A stretch of DNA of 64,000 nt, taken from the sequence record NC_070956.1; one strand, 5' to 3'. The position numbers were made by a program, and so were the translations under genes. Every line of letters begins with the position of its first letter. The first letter of the stretch is position 1. This document shows, one piece after another, positions 9,138 through 19,121 of the stretch. Below the pieces are notes generated by a model. It saw only the letters and a program-made list of their open reading frames with translations, ran no database searches and was not told the DNA's origin.

Positions 9138-10880
9138 TTATGCCGCTTCTTTCTGTTTCTGCTCTTCAATGAATGGCATCACTCGGCTTGCATAGAAGTC
9201 GTTTGCTTCAACCAAACTAGGCATGCCGAAGATTGTTGTGCACAGGGTGTTCGCATTAGCTATCGGACTACTGGCATAGTTAACACCGAGTCGTCTGTAA
9301 TCCAAGCGATCAAGACCTTGTACTTCGCAAACCTCCAGCTTAGTGGTCTTGTTAGACACGTTAAGCGCAACGGTAACGTGAGGGTACGCACCAGTTACGT
9401 CAATGTCGTCCGTGGAACCACGCCCCATTGATTTCCAGTCCTGGAGACCGGTATACAACGCTCTGCCATTGGCTTCGTTGAGTTCAGCATGAAGCAACGC
9501 AATCCAGTCACGAAGATCTGGCTTAAGTTCTTTGAACGGATCCTCTTTACGACGACCAACAGTTCCCCAAACATAACCATTTTGTTTTGCAATGAATGAC
9601 AGTTTGTCAGAGATCATTGACGGTTGGGATTGATAGGAACGAAGCTCAGAAGAAGTAACCAGAGACGGTAACGACAGTGAGTAATCGTTAGTTGCTCGGT
9701 TAAGATCTTCGATAGTCCAGTTATCTCGGATGTTGTACATCGCGTACAGATACGGTTCATGTTTGAGCATCCATTTGTGCCACTCAGCAGAACCAGCCTG
9801 GAGATGCGAACCTTTCTCCGTATACAACTTACCTTCGATGCCTTCTGATTCAGCTGTGAACTGAAGGCTGTACGATTCACGTTTACCACCAGGGGCACGT
9901 TTAATAGCATAGAACGACATGCCATCGAACCACTGCCACTTAGCAGGTGCTTGAACCACAGGGAACTTCTCGTGGTTATCCAACGGTGACTTAGAACCAT
10001 CTACCTTCGTCTTAAACTGCCGACCAGGATAATAAAGATAATCTTGGTAAGCACGTGGACAATCAGGGTCAGAGTAAGTCATCGCCAGGTCGTAACCTTC
10101 ATTCAACAAAGCTTCCTGGTTCGCTTCCATATCAAAGTTAGCGTTCCATGAAACAATGAAGTCAGGCCCTACCTTGTGCCACCACTGAATGTTGTTGTAA
10201 ACAATCACCCCAGGACGATCGGCCAACTCATAAACGATTTCAACGTTATGTTTGTCGATATACTCTTGGAGATATTGCTTCTCGTACAACTTCAAATTCT
10301 TCATGATGGTTTCGTCATCATGACCGTGGAATATCTCACGGAGACCACACCAGTAAACCTTATTCTTGATGGTGGTAGATGCCATGTTGATTGGACCGGT
10401 ACTACCGTCATCCAGAATGAAGGTCTCCACGTCATACGCGGCTACTGAGTACGCTTCTTGCGGTTGGTGATCTGGGTACTTATCGAAGAACTTCTGCTTG
10501 AAGATAACCGGAACAGTTTCCTGACATCCAAATACGAATGGGTTATTCTTCAACATGGTGATGTCAGCTTTACGGTCAGGACGACCATGCAACACTTTAC
10601 TGATGTTGACATGAAGTCGTGCTGCGTTAGAACTGAACTTGTCACACTTCTTGATTTCGATGTAGTCTCGGTTATCCTTGAAGGTCCGATAGTTGGGTTT
10701 CACCACATAGAAATCAGTTTTGTAATCTTCCAAGAAGACGAGACGATCAGTACGTCCACCCTCTTCGTCGATCTCAGTAATCTTGGCTGTCAGAAGGTCA
10801 TGGTCCGGGTCATTCTTGTGATAGCTCAAATACGCGTGTTTGCAAACACGAGCAATTACTTTTGGTTTCGTGGTTAGCAT
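9138..10880 (-). CDS. Split family-B DNA polymerase, 3'-5' exonuclease-containing subunit (phiKZ gp82-like)
   Basis: ExoI YDVET, ExoII SWNANFD, ExoIII YNIRD, plus motif-A-like DIDVTGAYP; no further polymerase motifs recognised. Confidence 0.75.
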   Translation of the reverse strand: MLTTKPKVIARVCKHAYLSYHKNDPDHDLLTAKITEIDEEGGRTDRLVFLEDYKTDFYVVKPNYRTFKDNRDYIEIKKCDKFSSNAARLHVNISKVLHGRPDRKADITMLKNNPFVFGCQETVPVIFKQKFFDKYPDHQPQEAYSVAAYDVETFILDDGSTGPINMASTTIKNKVYWCGLREIFHGHDDETIMKNLKLYEKQYLQEYIDKHNVEIVYELADRPGVIVYNNIQWWHKVGPDFIVSWNANFDMEANQEALLNEGYDLAMTYSDPDCPRAYQDYLYYPGRQFKTKVDGSKSPLDNHEKFPVVQAPAKWQWFDGMSFYAIKRAPGGKRESYSLQFTAESEGIEGKLYTEKGSHLQAGSAEWHKWMLKHEPYLYAMYNIRDNWTIEDLNRATNDYSLSLPSLVTSSELRSYQSQPSMISDKLSFIAKQNGYVWGTVGRRKEDPFKELKPDLRDWIALLHAELNEANGRALYTGLQDWKSMGRGSTDDIDVTGAYPHVTVALNVSNKTTKLEVCEVQGLDRLDYRRLGVNYASSPIANANTLCTTIFGMPSLVEANDFYASRVMPFIEEQKQKEAA

Positions 10881-10996
10881 TGTTACACTCTCTACTTAAT
10901 CTAATTATAAGACCTCGAATGTTATGACGTCTTAAGAAATGGGGTTCGCTAAACTATAGCTTCCTCACTGTTTATTTACTCCGGAGCAAAACAGTT

Positions 10997-12352
10997 ATGA
11001 TTGGTATTGACTTCATCAGACCCCGGGCCGATTTCGGACCCATGGGGTTTAGTGGTTTGGAATTTTTGGACAAACAAACTGACACAGTATTTCGTCAGCT
11101 CGTTACCATGTTCCAGACCATGATCAAACAAGATCAGCACGGTCAAAACGTCCTGGATTGGGACAACGCAGACCGTCAGGAAATCAGCGATTATCTTCTC
11201 GACGCAACCGGGATGAAGATCATTATGATGGATGGTACCAACACCGTTGGTAACGCCGCTATCGAAGCAGGGTACTTCTCTCCCAACAACCTGATCAACA
11301 GCACCGAGGTTGACAAGTGGTTGGATGTGAAACACACCAACGTTGCACAGGCACTCCGTACACTCAAGGTTGACGTGATGTCCGGTTGGATCGACACTTC
11401 TACTGGTAAGGTCGGCGGTGACCTCAGTAAGATCGAATTCAAACTCTACATCCAGTCCTACCTGGACATGTTCCTCGTTCAAAAGCGTTTCGCTAAATGG
11501 GGTGCCAACTTCCCCGAACTGCTGGCTTCCATTGTTCTCCATGAAATGGGTCATGCTTGGACGGCGATGGTCTACGCTTTCCAAACCTGTTTCGACTCTT
11601 TGTTCCCGATTGCTGCGGTTCGACTGGCGATGAACGCTAAGGGTGAACGCGAGAAAGTAACGATCATCAAAGAAGCAAAGGCAGCTCTGGAGATCCCTGA
11701 GAACCTCACGGACAAAGATCTCGAAGTAATGGCCGATCCCGAAGGTCTGACACTCTACTTCAAGAAAGCCATCGAAACCCGCAACCTCCGTCGTACACTG
11801 TCTCTGGGTGTCAGTGCTCGTAATGCTGAAAGCTTCGCTGACATTTACGCTGTTCGGATGGGCGCCAGTAAAGAACTGGTGATCGCACTCGCTTCTCTTC
11901 CAAACGCTGTCCCGATGTGGGTCCCGACTTGGTTCATGGTAGCTGCCGTGCTTGGTTCCATGGTGGGGTCTCCTTTCATTGTCGGTTACGCCGGCACCAT
12001 GGCTGTGTTGATGACCCTGGTCTCCTTGGCGGAATCTCTTCGCCCTGGTGAGACTTACGACACTCCGTATCGTCGTATAAAGGCAATCCTTCGTGAGATG
12101 GTTGCTGAATTCCAGAATTCCAAGCACCTCTCCAACAATGACAAACGTCGTCTGTTGAATCAGTGCAAAGACATGGCCAAACTGATCGAAGATCAGAAAC
12201 CCATGCTGGAAGGTACTGCCGTTCAACGCATGGTAGGTTGGATCTTCTCTGGTTCTGACTTCAAGGCTCAGGACTTCGAACACTACACCCACGAAATCAT
12301 GTCCCACAATCTCAGTCTCTACGAAGACTTCTTCAAATCCGATAAGGAGTAA
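10997..12352 (+). CDS. Putative virion head protein with zincin HExxH motif and TM segment (gp84-like)
   Basis: VLHEMGHAW, AESFADIYAVRMG, hydrophobic WFMVAAVLGSMVGSPFIVGYAGTMAVLMTLV, N-terminal SGLE site. Confidence 0.65.
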   Translation: MIGIDFIRPRADFGPMGFSGLEFLDKQTDTVFRQLVTMFQTMIKQDQHGQNVLDWDNADRQEISDYLLDATGMKIIMMDGTNTVGNAAIEAGYFSPNNLINSTEVDKWLDVKHTNVAQALRTLKVDVMSGWIDTSTGKVGGDLSKIEFKLYIQSYLDMFLVQKRFAKWGANFPELLASIVLHEMGHAWTAMVYAFQTCFDSLFPIAAVRLAMNAKGEREKVTIIKEAKAALEIPENLTDKDLEVMADPEGLTLYFKKAIETRNLRRTLSLGVSARNAESFADIYAVRMGASKELVIALASLPNAVPMWVPTWFMVAAVLGSMVGSPFIVGYAGTMAVLMTLVSLAESLRPGETYDTPYRRIKAILREMVAEFQNSKHLSNNDKRRLLNQCKDMAKLIEDQKPMLEGTAVQRMVGWIFSGSDFKAQDFEHYTHEIMSHNLSLYEDFFKSDKE

Positions 12353-12354
12353 CT

Positions 12355-12804
12355 ATGTCTCATCTCGCTCACCTGGTCGAAGTACAACAAGACCTGATCG
12401 CCAAAGGCGTTACATCCCCCAAGGTTCACATGGACGTGGGTCGTGGCGCCTATGTACGTGCCCTGGCCGTGTTCCAACAGCGCCGCCGTCTTCCCGAAAA
12501 GGATCTCGGTCATTTCAATGACATGATTCTGGGTTACTGGAACGAAACCTCTCCCATCCAGGGTAACCTGATCATCGCTGAACTGCGTGCATTCAATGCC
12601 GCTCTCCGTAACCAACTGGAATCACTGGGTGGTCTGGACCAAGTTTGTGTCGAATTCGTACGACCCGCTGACCTGGACGCATCCATTCAAGTTTCCAGCC
12701 TGAATGGTTTCAAAGCCATGGTTGAGTCCTTGGTATCTGATACCGAGAAGAAACTCAAGGAATGGTTGGAGTGTGATTACTTCAGTGTTAACGAGGCGGC
12801 ATAA
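12355..12804 (+). CDS. Putative virion protein (gp85-like by synteny)
   Basis: 149 aa, translationally coupled, AAGGAG RBS. Confidence 0.65.
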   Translation: MSHLAHLVEVQQDLIAKGVTSPKVHMDVGRGAYVRALAVFQQRRRLPEKDLGHFNDMILGYWNETSPIQGNLIIAELRAFNAALRNQLESLGGLDQVCVEFVRPADLDASIQVSSLNGFKAMVESLVSDTEKKLKEWLECDYFSVNEAA

Positions 12805-12806
12805 CT

Positions 12807-14354
12807 ATGGAAGTTACTGGCACTGAAGAAAAGAAGCTGGGTAGTGTTATCCAGCTTTCTCCGCACGGTCAATCCGAGAATGTTCGGATGATCTCCCAAC
12901 CCGAAGATGGTGAACCACTGGTCTCTTTGGACGACATGTACGAAGTGACTGGCCAAGAAGCTATCACCAAACTGGTTCGTAGCTGTAACGAGTACTTCAA
13001 GAAAGGTCGTCTTGCCAAAGAGTCGATGACCTGTCTCAACCTGGTTGGCGCTGAAAGCTTTGTTCCGATGTACGACAAGTACAACGCCCGTCTGGGTGGC
13101 GAAAGTTTTGTCAAAGGTCTGAAAGACGGTTTCGTGGCAGTCATCAAGGCGATCATCAAGTGGATCAAAGCACTGACAGCTTGGATCATCAATGGCGTTA
13201 AAACTCTGTTGGGGTTCAACAAAACCGAACATGAGTGCGCCATCGCTTCCGAGAACGCTGACAGCATCACCAAGAACGTTTCGGCACTCCTCGGCTCTGT
13301 ATTCGAAACCGGTAAGGATGAATACACCGCTTGGGTGAACGACACCGCAATGGTGGAAGGTATCCCCAATAACCTGGGTAACCGGAACACGGTGAAGGTG
13401 ATCCACGCTAAGACTCTTAGCGCTGAGGAATCTCTCGCCAAGATGGTGGCGAATACAGAAGTCATCAACCAAGTGGACAAGCTGATCGCTGATTCCCGGG
13501 CTCGTGAACAGAAGGCTGCTTCTGATTACAAGGTTGCTATCGCAAGACTTCGTCGTAAATCGAAAGAAGAGAAAGTAACTGAATCAGATGTTGCTGAGTT
13601 CGTTGAAGAACTCGAACGGATCGTATTCCAGGATATCAAGTTCCGTGAACTGGCCAAAACTTCCAAGGACCTGATTTCGTCTCTGTTCGATATCGAAATT
13701 AAGGACCTGGGTTATGACGCCAACTTCAAGGAATTGAAAGAGCTCACTCGGAACCAGATCATCACCACACAGGTGAAGACATTCGATCGCCAGGAAGCTG
13801 TTTTCGCCAAAGCACTGGCTGGTATTAAGAAACGCACTGCTGACGCATCCACTCGCTTCCTCGATACCAAAGCAATGACTGCGTTCAGTGAAATCGCCGA
13901 CGAAGATGATGCTGTCTTCATTCGTGGTGTTTCCGAGATCACTGGTAACGGTATCATGGGTGACTTCGCGACCTTCAAGACACGTCAACGTGGTTATCTG
14001 GAACTGATCGAAACAGTTACTCGTGTTCTGGCATCCACCAAGGCTACCATGAACAGCATGGTCGATTACAACTCTCGTTTGAAGGCGATCACCGCCGCTT
14101 ACGTTGTTCGTGATCTGGAAGCCATTGCCGATTACAACAAGAAGATCAGTAAAGAGAATGCCGACATTCTGACTCAGGGTGGTGGTTCTCTCTTCTTCGA
14201 TATGGATGACACTTCCGTACTGAAGTCGTACTATCCTGGTCTCCATGTAACTGACGATCTGGTACTCGCCATCCGCAACGCACGGGAACTCCCCAAGGTG
14301 AAAGGTGCTATCAACAACCTGCTGGGTTCTCTCGGTGTTGGTATGAGGGTTTAA
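12807..14354 (+). CDS. Putative internal head/ejection protein (gp86-like)
   Basis: 515 aa; several G-x-E sites followed by the amphipathic helix ESFVKGLKDGFVAVIKAIIKWI. Confidence 0.6.
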   Translation: MEVTGTEEKKLGSVIQLSPHGQSENVRMISQPEDGEPLVSLDDMYEVTGQEAITKLVRSCNEYFKKGRLAKESMTCLNLVGAESFVPMYDKYNARLGGESFVKGLKDGFVAVIKAIIKWIKALTAWIINGVKTLLGFNKTEHECAIASENADSITKNVSALLGSVFETGKDEYTAWVNDTAMVEGIPNNLGNRNTVKVIHAKTLSAEESLAKMVANTEVINQVDKLIADSRAREQKAASDYKVAIARLRRKSKEEKVTESDVAEFVEELERIVFQDIKFRELAKTSKDLISSLFDIEIKDLGYDANFKELKELTRNQIITTQVKTFDRQEAVFAKALAGIKKRTADASTRFLDTKAMTAFSEIADEDDAVFIRGVSEITGNGIMGDFATFKTRQRGYLELIETVTRVLASTKATMNSMVDYNSRLKAITAAYVVRDLEAIADYNKKISKENADILTQGGGSLFFDMDDTSVLKSYYPGLHVTDDLVLAIRNARELPKVKGAINNLLGSLGVGMRV

Positions 14355-14355
14355 C

Positions 14356-15036
14356 ATGGTTATCAAAGAAGAAATCCGCAAAACAGCGGAAGAGATCATT
14401 GCTGGTCAGCAACAACTGAACCGGTACAATGAGTACTACGAAACGTTCCTCTCAGAGGCGCGGTGTAAGAAGGGGATCATGGATTTCCTTAGCACCCTCT
14501 TCGACAAAGAGACTACTGACGAATTCGTTCAGTATCCCTATGGTCGAGCCAGAGAAGAAATGGTTCTCAAACTCACCACTGGTAAGTCGGCAGCTAACTC
14601 TATGCTCTGTCGTCGACTGATCATGGACGTGGGTGTGGAATCCAGAGGTTTCCAAGCTTTGGAAGAAGCACGCAAGACACTTCTCAATCAAGTAGCCGAT
14701 TATATCGTGCAGACCTTTGAGAAGCTGAACAAGTCAGAACTGACGGATGTGCATGAGCGCCATGTGTATTTGCGCCGTGCAATCGCTAAGCTGGTTCGGT
14801 TGTTCTACACCGCTCCCCTGGCAGCTATCACCATGGACCAATGGTCCGAGGTTGAGCCTTCCGAACACACCAAATATCTCACTACCACTATCGAGGAAAT
14901 GGTTGATCGGATTCGACCGACTCGTACTGATGGTTGGTGCTCTGTTTGGTTCGCTGAAAATGGTTTGGATAACACGAACGTTATTCGTTCCATTATCAGT
15001 TATCTGGACTATCTGGATACATTCGACCAGTATTAA
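14356..15036 (+). CDS. Hypothetical protein (226 aa)
   Basis: Coupled ORF, GAGG RBS. Confidence 0.75.
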   Translation: MVIKEEIRKTAEEIIAGQQQLNRYNEYYETFLSEARCKKGIMDFLSTLFDKETTDEFVQYPYGRAREEMVLKLTTGKSAANSMLCRRLIMDVGVESRGFQALEEARKTLLNQVADYIVQTFEKLNKSELTDVHERHVYLRRAIAKLVRLFYTAPLAAITMDQWSEVEPSEHTKYLTTTIEEMVDRIRPTRTDGWCSVWFAENGLDNTNVIRSIISYLDYLDTFDQY

Positions 15037-15044
15037 GACATAAG

Positions 15045-15077
15045 ACCCCTACCCCACCGAAAGGATGGGGTAGGGGT
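15045..15077. terminator. Bidirectional GAAA-loop terminator
   Basis: ACCCCTACCCCACC-GAAA-GGATGGGGTAGGGGT between convergent genes. Confidence 0.8.
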
Positions 15078-15088
15078 TTATTATGTTG

Positions 15089-18007
15089 TTATGATCTTGG
15101 CATGTGGCGCTTGAACATGATCTCGATGGACTCTTTGATTGTCAGGAGTTGGTCAGAGGTCTGATCCAGTTCCTTACGTACAGAGAAACCATTCGTGTCA
15201 TCGATGTTGGTGATAACGTCAACCGATTCGTTACCGGCAGTTGCGATTATCTTAACGTCGAGCACGTCACTGGATTTAAGGACACGAGTGAGCTCAGAAA
15301 CACTGAAGGTCTTGCTACGAAGGTGTTCGTTGGTTACCTGGTGAGTGTTCTTAATCAAACTGTTCTTCAGGTCATTGTCAGCCATACCCTCGTCATTGAG
15401 GTAGTAAGTGACAGTAAACCCGATGTCGGTACGAATGGTTTTCTCGATACCCTCGTTGAGGATAACCTGAGTAAAGCCCATCGTGGACCGAGGTTTAAAC
15501 AGTATCGTGGTTTCATCCAGAGTGGACTTGTTCAGATCAGTCAACCAGTCGTTAACTTCGTTAGCGAAGAAGTCTTCTACCAACCCGACGTAAGTGGCGT
15601 CGTACTCATCCTGACTGAGCAGGTAGTTGAAGTCAAACCCGATGAAGTCCCAATGGTACTTCAGGAGTCTCGGATGAAGAAGTACTGGTTTATCATCCTG
15701 ATCGTAAACAGTAGTGCCTTTCTCATGTTCCCAAACCGGAGAACCATCGGCGTTATACCGAGTTTCACCAGCCTTGTGTTCAAGGACAGCTTTCCCGTCT
15801 ACAATGACCAGTTTCCCGTTTTCGTACTTGTACACATCTTCCTTGTAAACAGCAGGAACGTTGTCAGTGTACTTCGCATACTGAGCTGGCCCGATAATCG
15901 GTCTGATCCGTGCATAGAGCGAACTGAGTCGTTTACCAAATTGAACACGGTATTCCGTTTCAATAATGGCAACACTCAATTGCTCAAACAGAGACTGATC
16001 GATTTTACCGTCAGAGGGAGAACGGAGAACTTGTCCATCACCAGCATAGGTAAAGATAAACGTAGCGATCTCTTCCAGTTTGACACGGACTTCATCTTGA
16101 GGACGTCCAAACTGTTGGAAACCACGAAGGTCTATCTCGTCACGATCTGTGATGTCGAAACGACTAGGGATCTTGAATTCCCATACACGTTCCTTATCCT
16201 TGTTCAGACCTTTCAATTTACCACGGATAGAAGCCAGTGCGTTGGAACCTTCAGTGTTCAAAGACATCTGAATCCCAACAGATGTGTCTGCGAGCTTCTT
16301 ATATGCTTCGGAGGACTTGGTGACTATACCAATCGTGTAACCTTCCTCATCCACAGTGATGTTGATCTGACCGATCCCGGCCTGGATACCCAGAGATGCG
16401 TTTTCGTACCGGAAAGTCTGGTAACGAATCTGAGGACGATCGGTTCTGTACGTTCTGATGGACGCACGGTTGTCAGATGTATCGATCACATACATGAACG
16501 GAGTGTAGACCAATGAACGCTCACCAGACACATCAATCTTGGTTTGGTTCCCAGCCCGCTTCAACTGCTCGATTTCATACTTGGGTACGAACCGAGCCGT
16601 TTGTTCAGTAATGTCGAATACAGCACCACGAGGGATAGTGATGCGACGTCCATTGTCGATAGCATTGGCTGTACTGATCAGTTCTTCCAGCGATGCCAGA
16701 TGGGTACCAGTGTAGGTACCAATAGAACTGTTGAAACGAGCCAGAGATTCATCTTCGAACAACTTGGTTTCCTGGATAGGAAGATCCTTAGTGGTTCGGT
16801 AAAGACGGTTAGTTACAAAGTCAATGGACTTAACCGAGTCGTAACCATTCCGCAACAGGGTTTGGGTGAGGTCGCTGTTACTAACCGGTACCTGGCGTCG
16901 ACGATGGCGGTAGACGACCATATTCTTGAGCTCTTGGAAACTAGCGCTATCCAGACCACCCACCACAGGTTCGATTGTGTCCAGTGTCACTGTACTCGCG
17001 GAACGAAGCGGGACACTATAACCAGACAACTTACCTTGGGGATTGCTGTAGTCATAGTAAGCGTACGTGTGCTCCTTCGTCCTCAGCGTCGAGAGATCCT
17101 GATTCATTTTACCACGGGTGGTATAGGTGAGAATCGTGATGCGACCGAGTGCCATTCCGTTCTGAAGATAAACAGAAGGAATAGACGCCTCATAGACACC
17201 ATCCCGGATCATATCGATAGTCAGGGTCGGCATTGCCGGATCGAAGACGTCATTGTTGAACACAACAGCCATCTCGCTACGACGGGTACTCCCATCAGGA
17301 GTGATGAACGCCCTAACGGCATAAAGCTTGTCGTTGTAATCGATACGATCCCGGAAACCCACCGCCATGTTAACAGCCGTAGCCGGTTTCTCTTTCACCT
17401 CCAATTGACGTACAGGAAGATGAATAGAGAGATAACGCTGATCATCGATGTTCAGCTCTTCGTAACGAGGTGAGTTGGAGGAGAGAGGATACAGCGGGGA
17501 CTGTTTTTCAGAGTTGTAAACAATCTGAAGTCCACCGTGTTCCATCAGCCGGATCTCGACAGGATTTTCCAGCAGGAAGGGAATACCCGCGACCGTGAAA
17601 ATGGTGTCGGACGGGAGTTCCAGCTTACGGTAGTTGTTAACAGCAGTCCCGACTACCTCAGTGAAGGGGAGAGCACGCTTCTCCAATTCATCCATGGCGA
17701 TCATCCAACGGAATGTGGTGCCGCTGGGTTCTGCAAACACACCGTACCAATCTTCGTCACTCATGTTAGCAGCCAGATCAGCGATAGTTCTTGCATGAGT
17801 GGGGAAACGTTTGGCAATGCCGTCACCATTGCGCACGGCAAAGTTGTACTGGGTTGCCACGATCATATCGAGAGCATAAGAGAACGGATGCCCGGCTGCG
17901 TTGATCGAACCAGGTCCTGTTCCCAAGGCATCTTCGATTTCTTGGAAGCAGCGGTTGATAGCACGTGCCGGGTTATTCCGATATCGCTCTAAATCATCAT
18001 AAGTCAT
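15089..18007 (-). CDS. Large virion structural protein, probable baseplate component (gp87-like)
   Basis: 972 aa, beta-rich composition, position in the conserved structural block. Confidence 0.6.
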   Translation of the reverse strand: MTYDDLERYRNNPARAINRCFQEIEDALGTGPGSINAAGHPFSYALDMIVATQYNFAVRNGDGIAKRFPTHARTIADLAANMSDEDWYGVFAEPSGTTFRWMIAMDELEKRALPFTEVVGTAVNNYRKLELPSDTIFTVAGIPFLLENPVEIRLMEHGGLQIVYNSEKQSPLYPLSSNSPRYEELNIDDQRYLSIHLPVRQLEVKEKPATAVNMAVGFRDRIDYNDKLYAVRAFITPDGSTRRSEMAVVFNNDVFDPAMPTLTIDMIRDGVYEASIPSVYLQNGMALGRITILTYTTRGKMNQDLSTLRTKEHTYAYYDYSNPQGKLSGYSVPLRSASTVTLDTIEPVVGGLDSASFQELKNMVVYRHRRRQVPVSNSDLTQTLLRNGYDSVKSIDFVTNRLYRTTKDLPIQETKLFEDESLARFNSSIGTYTGTHLASLEELISTANAIDNGRRITIPRGAVFDITEQTARFVPKYEIEQLKRAGNQTKIDVSGERSLVYTPFMYVIDTSDNRASIRTYRTDRPQIRYQTFRYENASLGIQAGIGQINITVDEEGYTIGIVTKSSEAYKKLADTSVGIQMSLNTEGSNALASIRGKLKGLNKDKERVWEFKIPSRFDITDRDEIDLRGFQQFGRPQDEVRVKLEEIATFIFTYAGDGQVLRSPSDGKIDQSLFEQLSVAIIETEYRVQFGKRLSSLYARIRPIIGPAQYAKYTDNVPAVYKEDVYKYENGKLVIVDGKAVLEHKAGETRYNADGSPVWEHEKGTTVYDQDDKPVLLHPRLLKYHWDFIGFDFNYLLSQDEYDATYVGLVEDFFANEVNDWLTDLNKSTLDETTILFKPRSTMGFTQVILNEGIEKTIRTDIGFTVTYYLNDEGMADNDLKNSLIKNTHQVTNEHLRSKTFSVSELTRVLKSSDVLDVKIIATAGNESVDVITNIDDTNGFSVRKELDQTSDQLLTIKESIEIMFKRHMPRS

Positions 18008-18016
18008 TTCTTTTCC

Positions 18017-19093
18017 TTATTTACGCACCCACCAGGTGAGTTTGATACCATCACGCCCCACAGCACCATCTTGCCTACGGTCATTACGAACCGGCAGCAA
18101 AAGAGGATACGCACCAGAGTAACCGTATTCAAGATACTCATCAGCAGAGAGTCTCCTGAAATACTGATCACGGGTCTTTGGTCGGATGTTGGGGTTGTAC
18201 ATGTAACTGTGTTCGTTAAAGGCTTGGATCAATCCAGGTTCGTTGAACCGCATCGCTGTGGAACTGAACTGAACCGAGAAGTCATCCTGCCCTTCCCCAC
18301 GCAGTGAGTTTTGGGTGTTATCGATATTAGCCTGGGACCCTGATGGGAACGTCACAGGTATAGATTGAACTGTGGCGAATATTTGTTCCAGGAATTCACC
18401 GTCCTTATTCATGATAAGGTGGTAAATGCGTGTATCGTAATCGATACGGTTCCCAAACAAATATTTAGCCCTTGGATAACAGCCCCGGTCACCACTTGTT
18501 ACTTCAGAAATATAGGTCATCCAGTATTGGAACAGAGCCGGGATAACACTGGGTTTGGGGTTGAAGTAAGTCTGGTTCATAGAGTAAAGACCGTTCTCTT
18601 CCAGCTTACTCGCAACTCGTTGATAAACCTGTTCCCGCATACCAGGATCAGTGGTCTGGATTTGCATACTCAAGTCACCGAAACCATTACTGGTTTTGAG
18701 GTAAGTTGTTAATGCAACGATGAATGGATTGGCATTATCAAGAGCCGGACACGGATTGGCGGCAGCCCACCGTTCATCCAGAGTCCCTCTTATATATGCA
18801 CCGATAGAGTTACCAGATACGTCCTTCAAAACTTTCAAACGCTCTGAACGTGCAATGACATCATCGATCAGATTCAGCTGGGGTCTGGTCACGAAGCTTA
18901 ATCCTATGGTGTCATCAGCCAGCGGCATCATGGCCGGGCCTTTACCAAAGATCCTGAATGACCTTAAACTGTTCATCAACGGGGCATTTGTCCCCGGTGT
19001 TCCAGAGTCCAGTAAAGCTGCGTTGAATATGTCTTTGCTGTGTTCCAGGGTTTCCCCTGAATAGTTTGTAAAATCTTCCTTATTATCTTCCAT
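18017..19093 (-). CDS. Virion structural protein, possibly baseplate/tube-related (gp88-like)
   Basis: 358 aa; SFVTRPQLNL motif; co-oriented with the 972-aa gene. Confidence 0.55.
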   Translation of the reverse strand: MEDNKEDFTNYSGETLEHSKDIFNAALLDSGTPGTNAPLMNSLRSFRIFGKGPAMMPLADDTIGLSFVTRPQLNLIDDVIARSERLKVLKDVSGNSIGAYIRGTLDERWAAANPCPALDNANPFIVALTTYLKTSNGFGDLSMQIQTTDPGMREQVYQRVASKLEENGLYSMNQTYFNPKPSVIPALFQYWMTYISEVTSGDRGCYPRAKYLFGNRIDYDTRIYHLIMNKDGEFLEQIFATVQSIPVTFPSGSQANIDNTQNSLRGEGQDDFSVQFSSTAMRFNEPGLIQAFNEHSYMYNPNIRPKTRDQYFRRLSADEYLEYGYSGAYPLLLPVRNDRRQDGAVGRDGIKLTWWVRK

Positions 19094-19121
19094 ACAAAAT
19101 GTCTCTTCTAGGAGTTTCTAA

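Noticed and set aside
15104-17473. Long + strand ORFs (470 and 309 aa) opposite the 972-aa gene
   Set aside because: Same codon-register shadow effect; unnatural composition.
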